A stretch of 64,000 nt of DNA, taken from NCBI GenBank assembly GCA_001179505.1, contig CDMY01000281.1, positions 62,001-126,000 of the forward strand, given 5' to 3'. This DNA comes from Vitrella brassicaformis CCMP3155. Its lineage: Eukaryota > Protista > Chromerida. This document shows, in pieces, positions 36,682-50,301 of this stretch. Made by a program: the position numbers and the translations under genes. Numbering within the stretch: the first letter of the stretch is position 1; each line of letters begins with the position of its first letter. The notes beneath the pieces are model-generated. The model made no database searches. It worked only from the letters and a program-made list of their open reading frames with translations, and was not told the DNA's origin.

Positions 36682-39497
36682 ATGCTTGTCCCGAAGCGTG
36701 TGCTGACAACCGAATCGCAATCGACGACTGCAGTGAGCACGGAAGCAACGGAGGCAAGAGAGGCGGTGGAGTATGACGAGGCGTATCGTGATCCCGAGGC
36801 GAGAGCAGGAGGGCAGCTGCAAGATGGCTATGCAGGAAGCGACGACACAGATGATGGGTGAGGCCGCTGCATGACCGGTGTCAGCTGCTTTTCTTAATTG
36901 GCAATGCTCCATCCGTGCCGTTGTGTGAGTTATGCAGCATGGCGCCGTCTGTGATAGGGCGTGGTAGTGCGTCGTCGCTCGAAGATCTGAAGGATCATGG
37001 TGGCGGCACGCCACACGCATCGCTCGCTGACGTGACGCCGCCATGCACGCCGCTGCTCGGCCTCTCAGTGGCATTCGCCGCTGTCACAGGTAAGCATCAC
37101 CTGCACCTGATCGTGGTGCTGACTGACCGATGTGCCTCCTGTGTGGCATTCACTTCCTGATTCCTTCAGGGATTTTGATGGGTTACGATTTCGCCATAGC
37201 AGCAGTGGTGCTGCAGCCGATCCAAGAGGACTTCAACTTGTGCAGCGGCCAGTTCACCTGCCGGGCAAAGGACCTGTTTGTGTCGCTCGTCGGGCCGGGG
37301 GCGATCGTCGGCGCCATGTCGGGCGGCAGCATCGCAGATTGGTTCGGCCGCCGTGTGGCCCTCGCCGCAAGTGACTTTTTCATCATATTGGCCGCCTCCC
37401 TCATGGCTTTAGGTACCTGCATCCAACACGTGTGGCGTGTCGCCCATTGCCCATGTGGTGTGTCTGTCGGTGTGTTGTGCAGGTCAATCGTTTTTTGTGG
37501 TGTTGATTGGTCGGTTCTTTGTGGGCATGGGGGCGGGCATCGGGCTGGTCAACTTCTCCACATACACGTCGGAGATATCGCCGCCCAAACGAAGAGGTGC
37601 ACTCGTCGTCTGCCAGGTGCGACGCGACGCGCCGAGGAATGAGACCACATCTCGTCTGTACGTCTCTCTATCGATCCATTTTGTCTTGTCTGTGTGTCAG
37701 GAGTTGTGTCAGTGAGTCTACGCTCACCCTGGCGTAGATCTCCGCTATGTACTGCGTGCATTGGCATTGTTATGTCTGTGTCAGATGCATCGGTGCCATT
37801 CTTGCTTTCCTGGCTGCCGTCAGTTTGGGGCCCTCCACCGAGCATGCAACCGAGAATGCGTGGCGGTGGCTGCTGGGTGCTGCAGGGCTGGTGGGCGTCG
37901 TGCAGGGGTTCGGTATCCTCCTGCTACCTGAAAGCCCCAGATGGTACGCGTGTGCGCTGGTGGGTGTGGACCCGCCATTCATCTTGTCTCTCTGTGTTGT
38001 CTCAGGCTGATGTTTCGGTATCGCGAGGAACGAGCCAGGGAGGTGATGCGGAAGCTGGGAATGGGGAGCACAGCCGACATCGACCAACAGGTACTCCGCG
38101 CCCCAGCACCCACTTGGCATTGCCAAACAAACACACACACACACGCGACCTTTTCTTCTCTGCATTCCATCAGATGGCTGCCATCCGCCGCGAGCGTGAC
38201 GGCGACAAATTCCTCGACGCGCGTACGGTCAGCTCCAATGGTTCGGATGAGTCGCTCTGCACTGCCGAGGACGAAACCGCCCACTCCCGGAAGAAGCGGG
38301 CGCCCCTGCGCGCCGACGAGGAGGGCGGCTGGGTGAAGAGGGTGGCGCTGCAATGGAGAGAGATTCGGGGGCACCGGAAGCAGATGCTCATGGCCGTCGG
38401 CTGTGCTGTGGCGGGGGTGAGGCGCACACATACGGGGCGGCTGACGGATGAATGACGTCCGCCTGTGTGTGCGCGTGACGTTCAGAACCTGACATTCGGT
38501 CCTGTGGTGTTTCCGTTGAGTGAGGACATTTTGCGGCTTGCTGGTGTGGGGCCGCTGGGGCGGTTTTGGGCTGGCCTCGGGATAGGGCTCATGAAGGTGA
38601 GATGCGTGTACACTCACTCGACTCGCGCCAGTACCCCCAGGCCCAGAGACAACCACTCTGCAGTGCACAGTGAGTGTGTGTCGTCGTCTCTTGATTCGTT
38701 CAGCTGTTCGGTGTCCTGCTGACGATGAGCACTGTAGATGTGTTTGGCCGACGTCGGCTGCTGTTTGTGGGCAATCTGGGTACGTGCTGCTGCCATCTGT
38801 TGCTCTCGGTGGCCTTCCTGTCTCACGTCCTCTATACGGGCCACTCCATCGACCTCAACGCCTCCTACACCCATGACCAGCCCGCGGAGCTATTGCCGCC
38901 CTCCCTGACGGCTGTGTTGGGGAGCCTGGGGGTGCTGCTGTTCATGCTGGCGTGGAATGTGGGCTGGGCCAGCATGATCTATGTGGTGGCGAGTGAGCTG
39001 CTGCCCAGCCGCATTAGGGGCGTCGGCATGAGCATGGTCGAGGTCACCTTCTGGGTGCTGGCCTTTGTCAACGGCAACACCATGGAACGGCTTTTCCTCA
39101 ACATCACGCCACAAGGCAAGTTGGTCGACACACGCGAGTCGAGTCGTGCGCATCTATCTATCTATGTCTGTCTGTCTGTGTGCCTTCAGGGACGTTCCTG
39201 CTGTATGCGTGTTTGAACGCATTATGTTTTGTGCTGATATGCGTGCTGCCGGAGAACACTGGCAAGTCACTCGAAGACATCAACGCGGCCCTCTCGCCAC
39301 ACACACGACATCATACAGCAGGAAGCAATGACGGCGATGGCGTCAAGATGGCCTGGCCCGCACCGGCCGACCAGCACAACGGCGGCGCTGTTGAGATGGC
39401 CCAGAAGGTCGGTCCTGTGTGTGTGGGCAAGAAGGTGCTGCACAAACAGTCCCGTGTGCTCCAATACGACATGATGGACGATGAGACCAGCGACTGA
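36682..39497 (+). CDS. MFS sugar porter family transporter
   Basis: GILMGYDFAI, ADWFGRR, GRFFVGMG.G, YTSEISPPKRRG, LPESPRW, DVFGRRRLL, YVVASELLPSRIRG, LPENTGKSLEDI. An upstream acidic exon (ATG 36682) splices in frame to the ATG at 36939. Confidence 0.92.
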
Positions 39498-40139
39498 CTG
39501 ACCGCTTGAGCGAGGGAGGGAGGGAAGGAAGGAGCGAGGGGTTGTTAGTACGAACGATATATGTGACGCGTGGCGGCCCTTTTTGGCCCCTCAATTATCT
39601 GTATGTCACCGCTGCTCGTGCGAACAACGTCGTGAGAGCGTGCAGTGCTCGCTCACTTTCTGGATGCATGTTATGTTGGATGGACTGTCGGACGCATCTG
39701 TCTGTTTTGCCGATATATGGCGCAATCAGCCGTCGTGTAAGTGGATCAAGCGTTCATTGCACTATAGTCCGCCAGACAGTCAGTCAGTCAGTCAGTTCAC
39801 GTCATTTCGACTGTATAGGTGTGGATGGGCTGCGCCTCTGCAGCTACGACAAATCACCCAAGGCACTCAACCCATCGATCGGTCAAGGCCGCTCGCTACA
39901 CCGCCTCCCTCCGCCCACGATCTAGCTATACACACACACATACACACACCCACATACACACAAGCAGGCAGGCAGCCACCGGCCAGACATCCGCAGCCAG
40001 TCGGCTCAGTCGTCGGCTAATTAGTGCGGTCGCTCATATACAGACGAACAGACAGACAGCCAGACGCGCCCATGCATGCACACACAAGAATGAGCCATGG
40101 ATAAAGGAGAGGCTGCTCGCTCTGGTCTTGCTGCCTCGC

Positions 40140-41426
40140 TCACGCCGCCTTCTGCAAGGACGAAGAGAGAGAGAGAGAGAGAGATGAGCCTGCCTCTCTC
40201 TTGTCTGTGTGGATTGGGTGCTTGGTCATATCTGCAGCATATCTGCAGGCAGGTTACCTACCTGGACGGGCAGGAAGAGTTTGAATTCGTTGGGGAGCTC
40301 GTCTTCGCTGTAGAGGCGGTCGCTGAAGTAGATGCGGCGGATGCGGCAGTTGGCGTGGATCTGCACACGCAAGGTCTCGATGTAGTTGGTGCCTGACACA
40401 CACACACACGCACAGGGAGGGGGAGAGCAGCCATTTTGAGTCTGGTGTGACGCGTGGCGGTTTGGCCGATCGACCGACTAACCGTATGCGCGTCTGGTGA
40501 AGTCGGACAGGTTGAACTGGATCTGGTTCCAGCCCTCGTCCAAACGCATGGGCATCGTGCAGATGAACGGCTTCACACGGGTGGTCGACTGCACTCACCC
40601 AATCACATCACACACGTATGGCACGGCACACACATGAATGGGCCCAGCTGGGGTGCGTCTGTGTATCTGTGTGTTGTGTGTGCCTGGTAGTTGGATGCGC
40701 GGAACCTCCGTCGGATGTTCTTGTCGTCGAGCACCTGAACCTCAAACGTGAAGTACTTCTTCAGCTGCACACACACGCGAACACACACACACACACACAC
40801 ACGTGTGAGAGCAGCCAGCTGTGCTTGACGCATCCTTCCATCCATCCCCTGTCTGTTGGCTCACGCACATTCTTCATGATCATGACAAGGAAGGGCAGCT
40901 TGATGCCCAAAGTCTTGTTCGGGTCGGCAGGGCAGGTGATGAAATTCGTAGACACGTTCGTACCTGAGAGAGAGAGAGAGAGAGAGAGAGATGTGGTGGT
41001 GTGCCTGGCCCGAGCTCCTCCCGCCGCCCACCCATAATCTCGAGGACGCTGGACTGAATGTCCGAGTCGGTGAGCCGTTTGATGTGCCCATTGCGGACTG
41101 AAGGAGGCACGTTGCAAGACAGACAGACACACAAATGAAGCTTGGCGACACTGCAGTGGCCTCAGTGCGTGTGCCATGCATGCCCACCCTTCTTGTCCCA
41201 AATCTGCAGCGGCTTGCTCCTGATGGAAGGAACAACACACACACACGCAGAGGGACAGGCAGACAACTGAGCGAGTGCGCGCATGCGCCCGTAAGCATGT
41301 TCTGCCGAGTATTTGGCAGCCAAAGCGTCGCCCTCATGTGGCATTTCGCCTCCCTGCCCCATGTGTGCCTCACCCGACGCTGTAGAGGATGGAGAGGAAG
41401 CCCGACTGAAAGGTGTTCTTGAACAT
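40140..41426 (-). CDS. CFAP20: Cilia- and flagella-associated protein 20 (BUG22)
   Basis: [35 protein letters not shown]...[114 protein letters not shown]. Confidence 0.98.
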
Positions 41427-41651
41427 GGTCGCGACGATGCAGGTACAACGTTGCAGGGGCACTCTCGAGGACGCTCAGGCCCTTCCAGCCCAGCCCCCTC
41501 CCAAGCGAGCTCGCGTCTCTGGGGGCGATGGGGGCGTAAGGTGGAGTGGCGCATGACCAGGTTGTGCACCCGCTGACCCGAGCCTTTTGTTTCCCCCTCC
41601 TTCCAGCCGGTTCGTGTGTCCTGCGCTCGGAGAGCAAGCAGCGACTTTTTC

Positions 41652-44600
41652 ATGTCGAGCAAGAGCTCGGTGTCTGGGAGGAACACAGGCTTCGTCCTCC
41701 CACATGTGGTGAGATTATGACACCACACACAGCCCATTGTGCATGCTTGTGGCCATAACATACACAAATATGCTTGCTGTGAGGACAAGGGTGGGAGGTG
41801 GGAGATCAGCTCTGAACTATTGCAGATGACACTGTGTGTGAGTGTGTTGGTTGCAGGCCTGGCAGGAGGGGCTCTTCGGCGTCCTGTAAGCACGAGACTA
41901 CTGACACAAGCACACACAACGAACACACTCACAGCGCCAGGACGGCACCATCCACTGCATATGTCCTACAATGGTCTCTGCAATGGATCTTGCGTTGTGT
42001 CGTGCTTCCTATCGTGCAGATATGTGTTGGATTCCGCGCGTGAGACGGCCGATGACGCCACCTTCCGCCTGACACATGTCTTTTTCAACGTCCTGGCGCT
42101 TGTCGTGGACGCAGGGTGCGATACATGTATGGTCCACGCGGCGATTTGCATATCCCTTTCTGCTGTTTGGATGTGTCCCTCCCTCCCACCAACGCACAGT
42201 CAGCTGATTCCGTTGCTGACATCTCCCACCGACGCACGCGTGTTCAAGTGCCGCCAGTTCGACCTCTTTAACGTCAAATGCCTCTTCATGCTCATCACCA
42301 GCCCGTTCGAGGCGCTCGCCGGAAACAACAAGATCCAGTACACCATCGTGGTTGTATTGCTGAACCTGGTGATGGTCGTTGCGCTGGTAAACGGCATCAT
42401 CGTGGCGCACACATTCCGCACACGGCAGGTCAACCTCATCACGCCGATCGTCATCATCAGGGGATTCGTCAGAATACTCGTGTGCGCCAGCAACGCTTAT
42501 ACACACGATCGGACATGGATTGAGAGATTTGATCTGTGTGTGCATATGGGTGGGTCGATCAGCACGGTGTTCTTCACGAGTGCGGTGGCTCTGCTTGCTA
42601 GCACCGGCTCGTGCGGCTACGTGAGGGAGAATGTCAGGGATTTCAACTGCTTTGGACCGGAACACACCGTCGGTATCCTGCCTGCCCTTATGGGGGAGGG
42701 ACCTGGCTGCAAAGCAAGGCCGGCGTCACCACCTCTGTCTCTCTTTCTGTCTGTCTGTGTCTCTGTCCACCTGTGTGTGTGCAGTCTTCATCTGGTCGAT
42801 GCTGTCTCTTGTGTGGATGATCCCCTTTGCCCTAGCCGTCGCACGTACGCATCAGCAGATAGATCAGCCACATATGCCGCGTACATCGATCAGCTCTGTG
42901 TGTGTGTGTGTGTTGTCGGCGTGGATGGCCATGCAGTGCTGTACAACAAGTTCGTCCCATTCGTGTACGACCAGTCGGCGGCGGCCCACGGGCGGAACGA
43001 GGTGCTGTTCATGGCCACCAAGGTGCTGGTCAACATCAACTTCATCATCTGCCGCAACGCCACCGACTACTGCCGCTACGGCACGGTCATCAACTTCCTC
43101 TGCCTCTCGGCCGTCGCCATCGGCTCACTCATGCAGGCGCCATTCCACGTCGGGTCAGTCAGTCGTCTGTCAATCCATCCATACCCCTCCAAGCGTCCAT
43201 CTGCATGACGTGGCGTGACGTGGCGTGGCAGGTACACGAATCGGATTCGTCTGGGCAGTCTGTTTTTCCTGGTGCTGTTCTCGCTGGACCCTTTCATTCC
43301 GACGCTGGGCGGCAACCGCAGCCTCATGTTCGGAATGTGCGCCCTCTTCGCCATCTTCGGTCGGTCGGTCGGTGGGCGGGAAGCCAGAAACACACACACA
43401 TGGATTGATGGATGGATGGATGGATGTCCGTGTGATGGAGAAGGCTACTCGATATCTCAGGTGCGCAAGAATCAGTACCAGGAGAAGCTGATATCCGAGA
43501 TGCACGAGGCCCACAACCATTACTCGTCAGTCAGCCATGCACGACGCACAGCAGCCCGCATCCATCCATCCATCCATCATAGCACATCTGTCGACTCCCT
43601 GCCTGTTGGCGCTGCAGGGAGACCTACTTGTCCATCCTGACCACAATCATCAACCCCGCCCTCGCCGGTAGGTACGGCTGTCGATCGACCTCTGTATGGC
43701 TGCCTGCACCGACATCATTCAGACACGATCCCCAAGTTCGCGCAGCAGGCGACGTCTCAGGACGTCCGTCGTGGCGGCGGCGGCGGGACCTCGCCACGAA
43801 GCAAGAAGAAAATCAAAAAGAAACAGGCCAGGACCACAGCCGAGGAGGCGAAGCCCGACCCTTCACCAATGGCCCTCGTGCCTGTCAGACAAGACGACGC
43901 ACTGGGTAGGTATCCAAAAAGATGTACACGGATACACGCAGACATGGTCGCTTTGAGTGTCTGTGTGTCTGTGTGTCTGTCTGTCTGATGTAGCTGCGGG
44001 TGCTGGGTCTGAGCGCGGAGCGGCTGACGAGTATCAGAAGCTCGAGGAGCAGATTCAGCACAAGCTGGCCAGCCGGCACTTTGTCAACTCCGTCAGCGAG
44101 AGGCTGCTCTTCGAGACGGACATCGAACTCATACTGAGATACTTCAGGTCCTCGCTGAGCCCGGCCAGACATGTATATCATGACATTGTACGAATTGCCA
44201 CTATCATCCATCTGTGCGGTGCGTGCAGAGACAATTGGTCCAACTTCAGTCAGCAGGAGCGGGATGTGGCGCACATGGTGATGCTTGAGACCTTCATCGT
44301 CATGCTGCAACGGTCGCACTATAAGGCATTCGCACTCATATGGTACGGGTGTCTTGGATTGGGTGGGTGAGACATTTGGCTGGCACTCTGTGTGTGTGTG
44401 GTGTGGTGTGGTGTGGTGTGGTGTGGCAGGTATGCATTGGTGTCAAAGGAATACTTCGGTGAGACCGTGTCGATATATGGCTACATCAAGAAGGCCCACG
44501 AGACGGCGGGAAAGTGCCAGCTAGACATAAAGTACCTCTGCTTTTTCCTCGAAAAGGAGATCGAAGCTACCAGGTACAAATGCGCACCCACCCCCAGAGA

Positions 44601-47600
44601 GAGAGAAAGAGGGAGAGAGAGGGAGAGAGGGCACACTCTCCGCCGCCCGTCGATGCGCAATGCAGGCAGTCTCAGTCCATGGGTGGTGACACCAAGATGA
44701 ACCTCGTGGAGTTGATGACGTATCGCAAATGGCGGCAAGCTGCCAAGATCAACCACATCAAGGCCCTGCAGTCCCTCAGCCGCTTCTGGAAGGTCATGTC
44801 GGCAAGCGACATGTCGCCCGCCGGCCGCTCCAAGGGCACAACCAACGAAATGAAGATACTCATCACGGGACTAAGAGCCGTTAGGGCAGCTGGTGAGACG
44901 AACGGCAACCAAAACAGTTGCACTCATATTCCTCTCGTCGCGCTCAGATGCGGCCTACAACACGCTGATTGCGAAATACCCGAAGAATCCTTCAAACTGG
45001 CTGCTGTACACAATGTTTGTGAAGGTGGCTTTGATGGACCGTGCCCGCGCAGCCCAGATGCTGCAGGAGAAAAAACACGGCGACGACTACCGCGGCGATG
45101 CTGCCTCGTCATCACACGCCAGCGGAGAGGTGCACCCGACAGTGAGACACAAGATGCGTTCGCAGCATTGTTGTGGTGCGTGTGTGTGTGTGTGTTAGGG
45201 TGGCACCAGCACTTACGTGAGTCACCGTGAGGAGGTGACCTGCAATCTGGAACAGAGGAAGCTCTCAGGGCTGAACGTGCTGCACCTTGTCTCGCTTCTC
45301 GGGTATGGGATCGAAATGCTGACTGACACGACTGCCTCACGTCTCACATGCCGGTATGGTGTGTGGCCGGTTGATGTTGGATGCATGTGCTGTGCGTGCA
45401 GTTGTGTCTTCTTGTTGGTGATGGCTGGCATCACCCACTGGGTGTCAGAGACGAGAATGGAATACACCTACAGGAAGCTCCAAGACCTGGTGAGCGATCC
45501 GGCCATGTGCGCGCATCCATCATCCACACGGGTGATTGGGTGATTGTGTGTTTACAGGACCACAACAGTCAGCCACTGACCCAGTGGTTTACACACGTTC
45601 ACAACCGTAACACGTTTGGGCTGTGTTTACAGGCGTGATGCTCAACCTGTGGACCGAAGTCTGTATTCAGCTGAATCTGGTCACCATCTACCAAGCCGCC
45701 AACCACGACAAGTACCCCTCAGCGTACGGGAAGCTCCTTGAAGCCGACGTAAGCGTACTGATCCACCAGCAAACAGACACACACACGTTTGTCGTGTGTC
45801 CAGCTGATCCTTGCGCGCAAGGCGGAGGAAATCGCGACGTCGTCCAACAGGATCGCCAACTTCGCCCAGAAGGAAGGCATGGACGACATCTTACTCAAGT
45901 ATCAGGAGCCCAACCTGAGGATAAGATTCTTCCGCAGCGATCGTAAGCGTGTGTGCGCTCGTCTGTGCACAATGCACGAATTCGTGCATTGTGCAGAGAG
46001 CAGGTATCACCGGGAGTTGTCGTTCCAAGAGATGGTGTCCGAGTACGTTAGTGCTTGCAGAAAAGTAACGACCGGCCGACCGAAGCGACTCACTTGTTTG
46101 CATGTCTGTCTGTCTGTCTGTCTGTGCGTGCACGTATGTGTGGGTGTGTACAGGTGGTCCACGATCTCGAGACGGAGGGCCGTGTGTCGCTCGAGTCGCC
46201 TGACCTGCGGTTCGTCAGCGAGCAGTGTGCGGGCGAACCCACGGCGGAGCTTCTTACCATCATGAGAATGCAGGTTGACCACGTAGGGATCCACAACAAA
46301 CAAGCAACGCTTCTTTGTGTGGATGAGGGGTAGGGTATCATGCCTTTTGTTTCATCAGGCTCAGGATGCGCTGCAGACATCGATAAACGTGCTGGGGGCT
46401 TGCAATGCCTTCATCATGTTCGTGTCGGTCGCCACGCTGGTGTTCAGCATCTATATCATCTCGAGGGGCCTGGGCGAGTACGATCGCTGGGCGTCCCTTC
46501 CCGTCGTTATGCAGGCAAACAACAAACACACAACCTGCTGTCGCAATCACCGCATCCCTCCTTGGTGTCTCTGTCCCTCAGATTGCACACACGCTCACTG
46601 CTATCGAAAGGAGGAAGCTGCGCAAAGAATTCAGACGGGTCAGTCAGTACTCCATTCTTCCTTCCAGCATCACCTGGACTGCATGCCTCTCTTTGATGCT
46701 TGGTTGATTGTTTGCTTTGCAGGCGGCGAAAGAGCCTGCTTTGCAGGCGGGAGAGGATGACCTGGCCGAAGTGTTAGAGGAGTGGATCAAACGTGATAGC
46801 GTATCGGTACGCCCACACAGCACTGCCGCCCGCTGCACACGTCCATCAATCACAATCACCCCCTCTTCTGTGTCGGTCTTGTACACAAGAGGCGCAGAAG
46901 CACCCTGATGGACGCCGACAAGCTGCCTCAACCCTCCGAGAGCGCACCACCGCCCCCACAGCCACTGCAGCAGCCTCCGCCTCCGGCAGATGACGGCTCA
47001 GCGCCTCCCCAGTACCCGTCTCCGAACTCCTCTCCACCGCTTCCCGTCTGTCAGGAGAAGATCACCCGCAGGGTGACAGGATTCCCCCGCGGACCGGCCG
47101 AAGCTGAGGAGGGTGAAGAGGCGGACGAGAAGGACACGGAAAACCAAGGCGATGTCAAAGAGGAGCCGCAGGGGGAGAGAGTGCAGCAAGAGGAGCCGGA
47201 GCACGCTGAGCGGCAGGAGGACCTGAGCCGAAGGCAATCGTTGGACCGCGCCACTGTCATGAAGGCGATACGGCGGGCATCCGTCACCCACATGTCGTTG
47301 TCGGACAAGCGTCAATCGGCGGCTGACTCGCCCCAAATAGTCGTCTCACCCCCTTTGGCTGCATCCTTATCTGCTCGCTTCGCTTCATTCCCCGACTCAG
47401 CGTCACATGAAGAGGTGGAGGAGGGCGTGGTGACCGCTCGGATCAGGGACAGCCCTCAGATGAACAGCGGTACTGAAAAGCTGAAGAAGAAGGTGTCCTT
47501 CCACGGCGACTCGCCACGAAAAGGGCTCATGTGCCCACCTGTGGGCACAATTGGCGGTGACATGCCATTGGACTTCTTCCCCCAGGACGACATCGGCGCC

Positions 47601-49845
47601 ATGGCCCTTCCGGTCTGCCAGTCATCCTCCGGCACCTCGTCGCACTGCATCTTGTCGTCCCGACAAGACGTGTCTCCTACAAACGTCGGCAACAACGATG
47701 TGGCGCCTGACGACCACAAGGGGCGAGAAGGCGGAGAGGCCAGGAGCCCGGAGATTACACACGAAGCTATTCTGCCGCTGGAGCCACCGACGGACACAGT
47801 GACCCCGGGAGCCAGCGTGATGGACGCCGATAACAGAGACGCAGAGCCGCCAGAGGTTCCCCGAGCTGCGCTGCGACTCCCGATTGAGCGCGCTGGCGGC
47901 GTGGCTGCCATCAGGAAAGGCTTGTTCAACTTGGCCAGGGCCAAGCCGACCGAGGCCGTGGAGCCGGTACCTGCGAAGGACGAGAAGAAGGGCGCGGCAG
48001 ATGCTGGGACACCTGGCAGCAGGGGGTCCATGTCGCCAGGAAGAAAAGCGCTCCAGTACGCCAAGGCCGTCTACCGCAACTCGATGTAGGAATGCTCCAC
48101 TCACCATCGCACAGACAGACGCAGGGAGAGCTGTGCTCAACTGGCTGTGTGTGTGCGTGCGTGTGTGTGTGTGTGGTGTCAGCGAGACGGTGAGTGAGTT
48201 GGTGGAGGAGGCGCACAGGATGTCTGAGGAGCTGCGGGCCAAGCCGGGGTGGGGAAGGGCCTTCGACTGCGTGACGACCTCGTGTCGCATCGTATGGTCG
48301 TCCGTTGCGGGGAAGGTCTCCAAGTGGATCTCACTCATATGGCTGGGCATGCTCACGTGGGTCATCGTCAGGCTCATCCTCACGCTCGACATGATGAGCG
48401 TGAGTGCGGCGGGCTTTAGGCACAACCACATGCATCTGTCTCTGCCACATGTGTCCGTGTGTCTCTGTGTCTGTGTCTCCCTCTCTGCAGTCATTGAGCG
48501 ACCGGAAGCACATAGTCTCAGAGCTGAAGGCTCTCCAGTTCCACATAAGGGAGGTGGCGGTCCTGGCACCCGACGTCGTGGAGAGAGACAGGTTTCCCTG
48601 GCGGACACTCATCAGCACATCGGGGCCCGACGGCGCAAGAGAGCAATTCTGGTACAACCTGCACGTTGCCGATGAAGAATTCGGCGAGCTTGTGCACGGA
48701 GAAAGTACAAAGAAGGCCGGTGGCGGCGGGATTGGCGGAACTTCAAGCTCCAGGAAGATCATGTACGAGCCTCACTGTTTCGTGGACGAGTCTTGCGACA
48801 ACCGAACACACCCCTTCCCGGGCAGCATAGACCTGGAGCACGGACTCTATGAGGGTGTCCTGGTGTGGATGCGGCGTGCATACGACTTCCATCACACGTA
48901 CGACCACATCCACGGCACCACGCGACGCCTCCGCCAGGCGGACCGCCACAGGCGGTCGCTCAGAGGGGGAACGGCACACCGGTCAGCAGAACAAACCATA
49001 CCAGAGCATTCTTGGCATTCTTCTGAGGCCGTGTACGTGCAGGGTGAATGGGAGCAGCAGTACTGCCTTTCGGCAGCTGTATGGGCGCGACTTTTCCGAA
49101 CTATTCCAGGAGGATGACATGCCACTCACGTACCGTACCCACACCAGCCCAAACGCGGCGACACGAAGGCGGCGGACTCTCTGTGTGTTGTGTTGTGCGG
49201 CATCGCAGGATTGATCTGGAGCGTCCCCTGTGGTTTTGGTTCCTCACGAATGCGGTCGAGTACGATCTCACTGCAGGACTCCTCCAGCTGGAGAAGACAT
49301 TCCTCGAGGTGTGTTCCAGGCAGGCACGCAGGCAGGGAGGCAGGGGACTTGAGAACGGCATGTGTCTCCTCTCCCCTCCCCCGACACAGGACACGGAGGA
49401 TGAGCTGGCACTCGACAAGAGTTTGCTATGGGCGCTGACGGCCGTGGCCTTCGCCATCATCGCCATCTGCGTAGCTATCTTCCACGTCGTCTTCAACAAC
49501 ATGCGCAAACAAGTATACTGGCCACCGAGCCAACCAAAACAGAATACAGAGAGAGACACAGCCGACTGTGTATGTGTGTCTCAGGTTCGGTACGCCGTGA
49601 CCTTCCTGTGGACGCTGCCGTGGGTGCTGACGGTGGATCACGAGCTCATCGCCCGCTTCTTCGACCCACACTACAAAGAGCAAGAAGATAACGAGTCGAG
49701 CGAGGGCGACAGCTCGCCTGTCTCGCCGCAAAAGAATACAAATGCCGAGGAAGTCGTTGCTGTAAAGACAGAGCCCTTTGCCGATTTGTTTGCCAAGGCC
49801 AAGCTCAAGGATGCTATGACCGGCAAGAAACAGGCCGCCGAATAG
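41652..49845 (+). CDS. Large multi-pass membrane protein, TmcB/TmcC (tiny macrocysts)-like
   Basis: N-terminal TM bundle (WQEGLFGVL..., NFNCF, LYNKFVPF) and a TPR-like block SLSRFW...AAYNTLIAKYPKNPSNWLLYTMF...MDRARA typical of TmcB/C proteins. Then paired TMs around large loops, a long S/P-rich insert and a C-terminal TM. More than 25 exons. Confidence 0.7.
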
Positions 49846-50301
49846 AGGCTCACGAGATGGCGGGTGCGTGTTCATTATTTCTCCTTTGGTGCTCATTTGT
49901 CGGGTGGGTGCGTGCTCATGCTCTGCTGAGGCCTCGAGGGGCGGTACACACTACAGGTCGAATGCAGGTCTTGAGAGGTAGGTCTTTCGTCCACACACCA
50001 TACCACATCACACCACACACGATACCTCCGTCTGTGTGGACGTGAGCGCGCGAAAAAAGAGAGACCGAGAGCGAACACATAAATGAATGTGCATCAAAAG
50101 GCTGGCTGCACTTTACTTACTGCATTCAGTCGCGGGGGCCGCATTGCAAATGATTCGGCCCCCCATACGAAGAAACACCACTCAAAGACACGCACAGACC
50201 CACAGATAAGAAAAGAACAAGACCAGCAAGTCAAACAAACAAACCGACCGACCGACCGACCGACCGACACACACTGGGGACTCCCTCCCCGTCGCCATTC
50301 G

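Noticed and set aside
41739-43208. 489-aa ORF as a single exon
   Set aside because: It reads through several stop-free introns (VCVCV runs); the real gene is spliced. The same applies to many ORFs with CVCV, LSLS or THTH runs.
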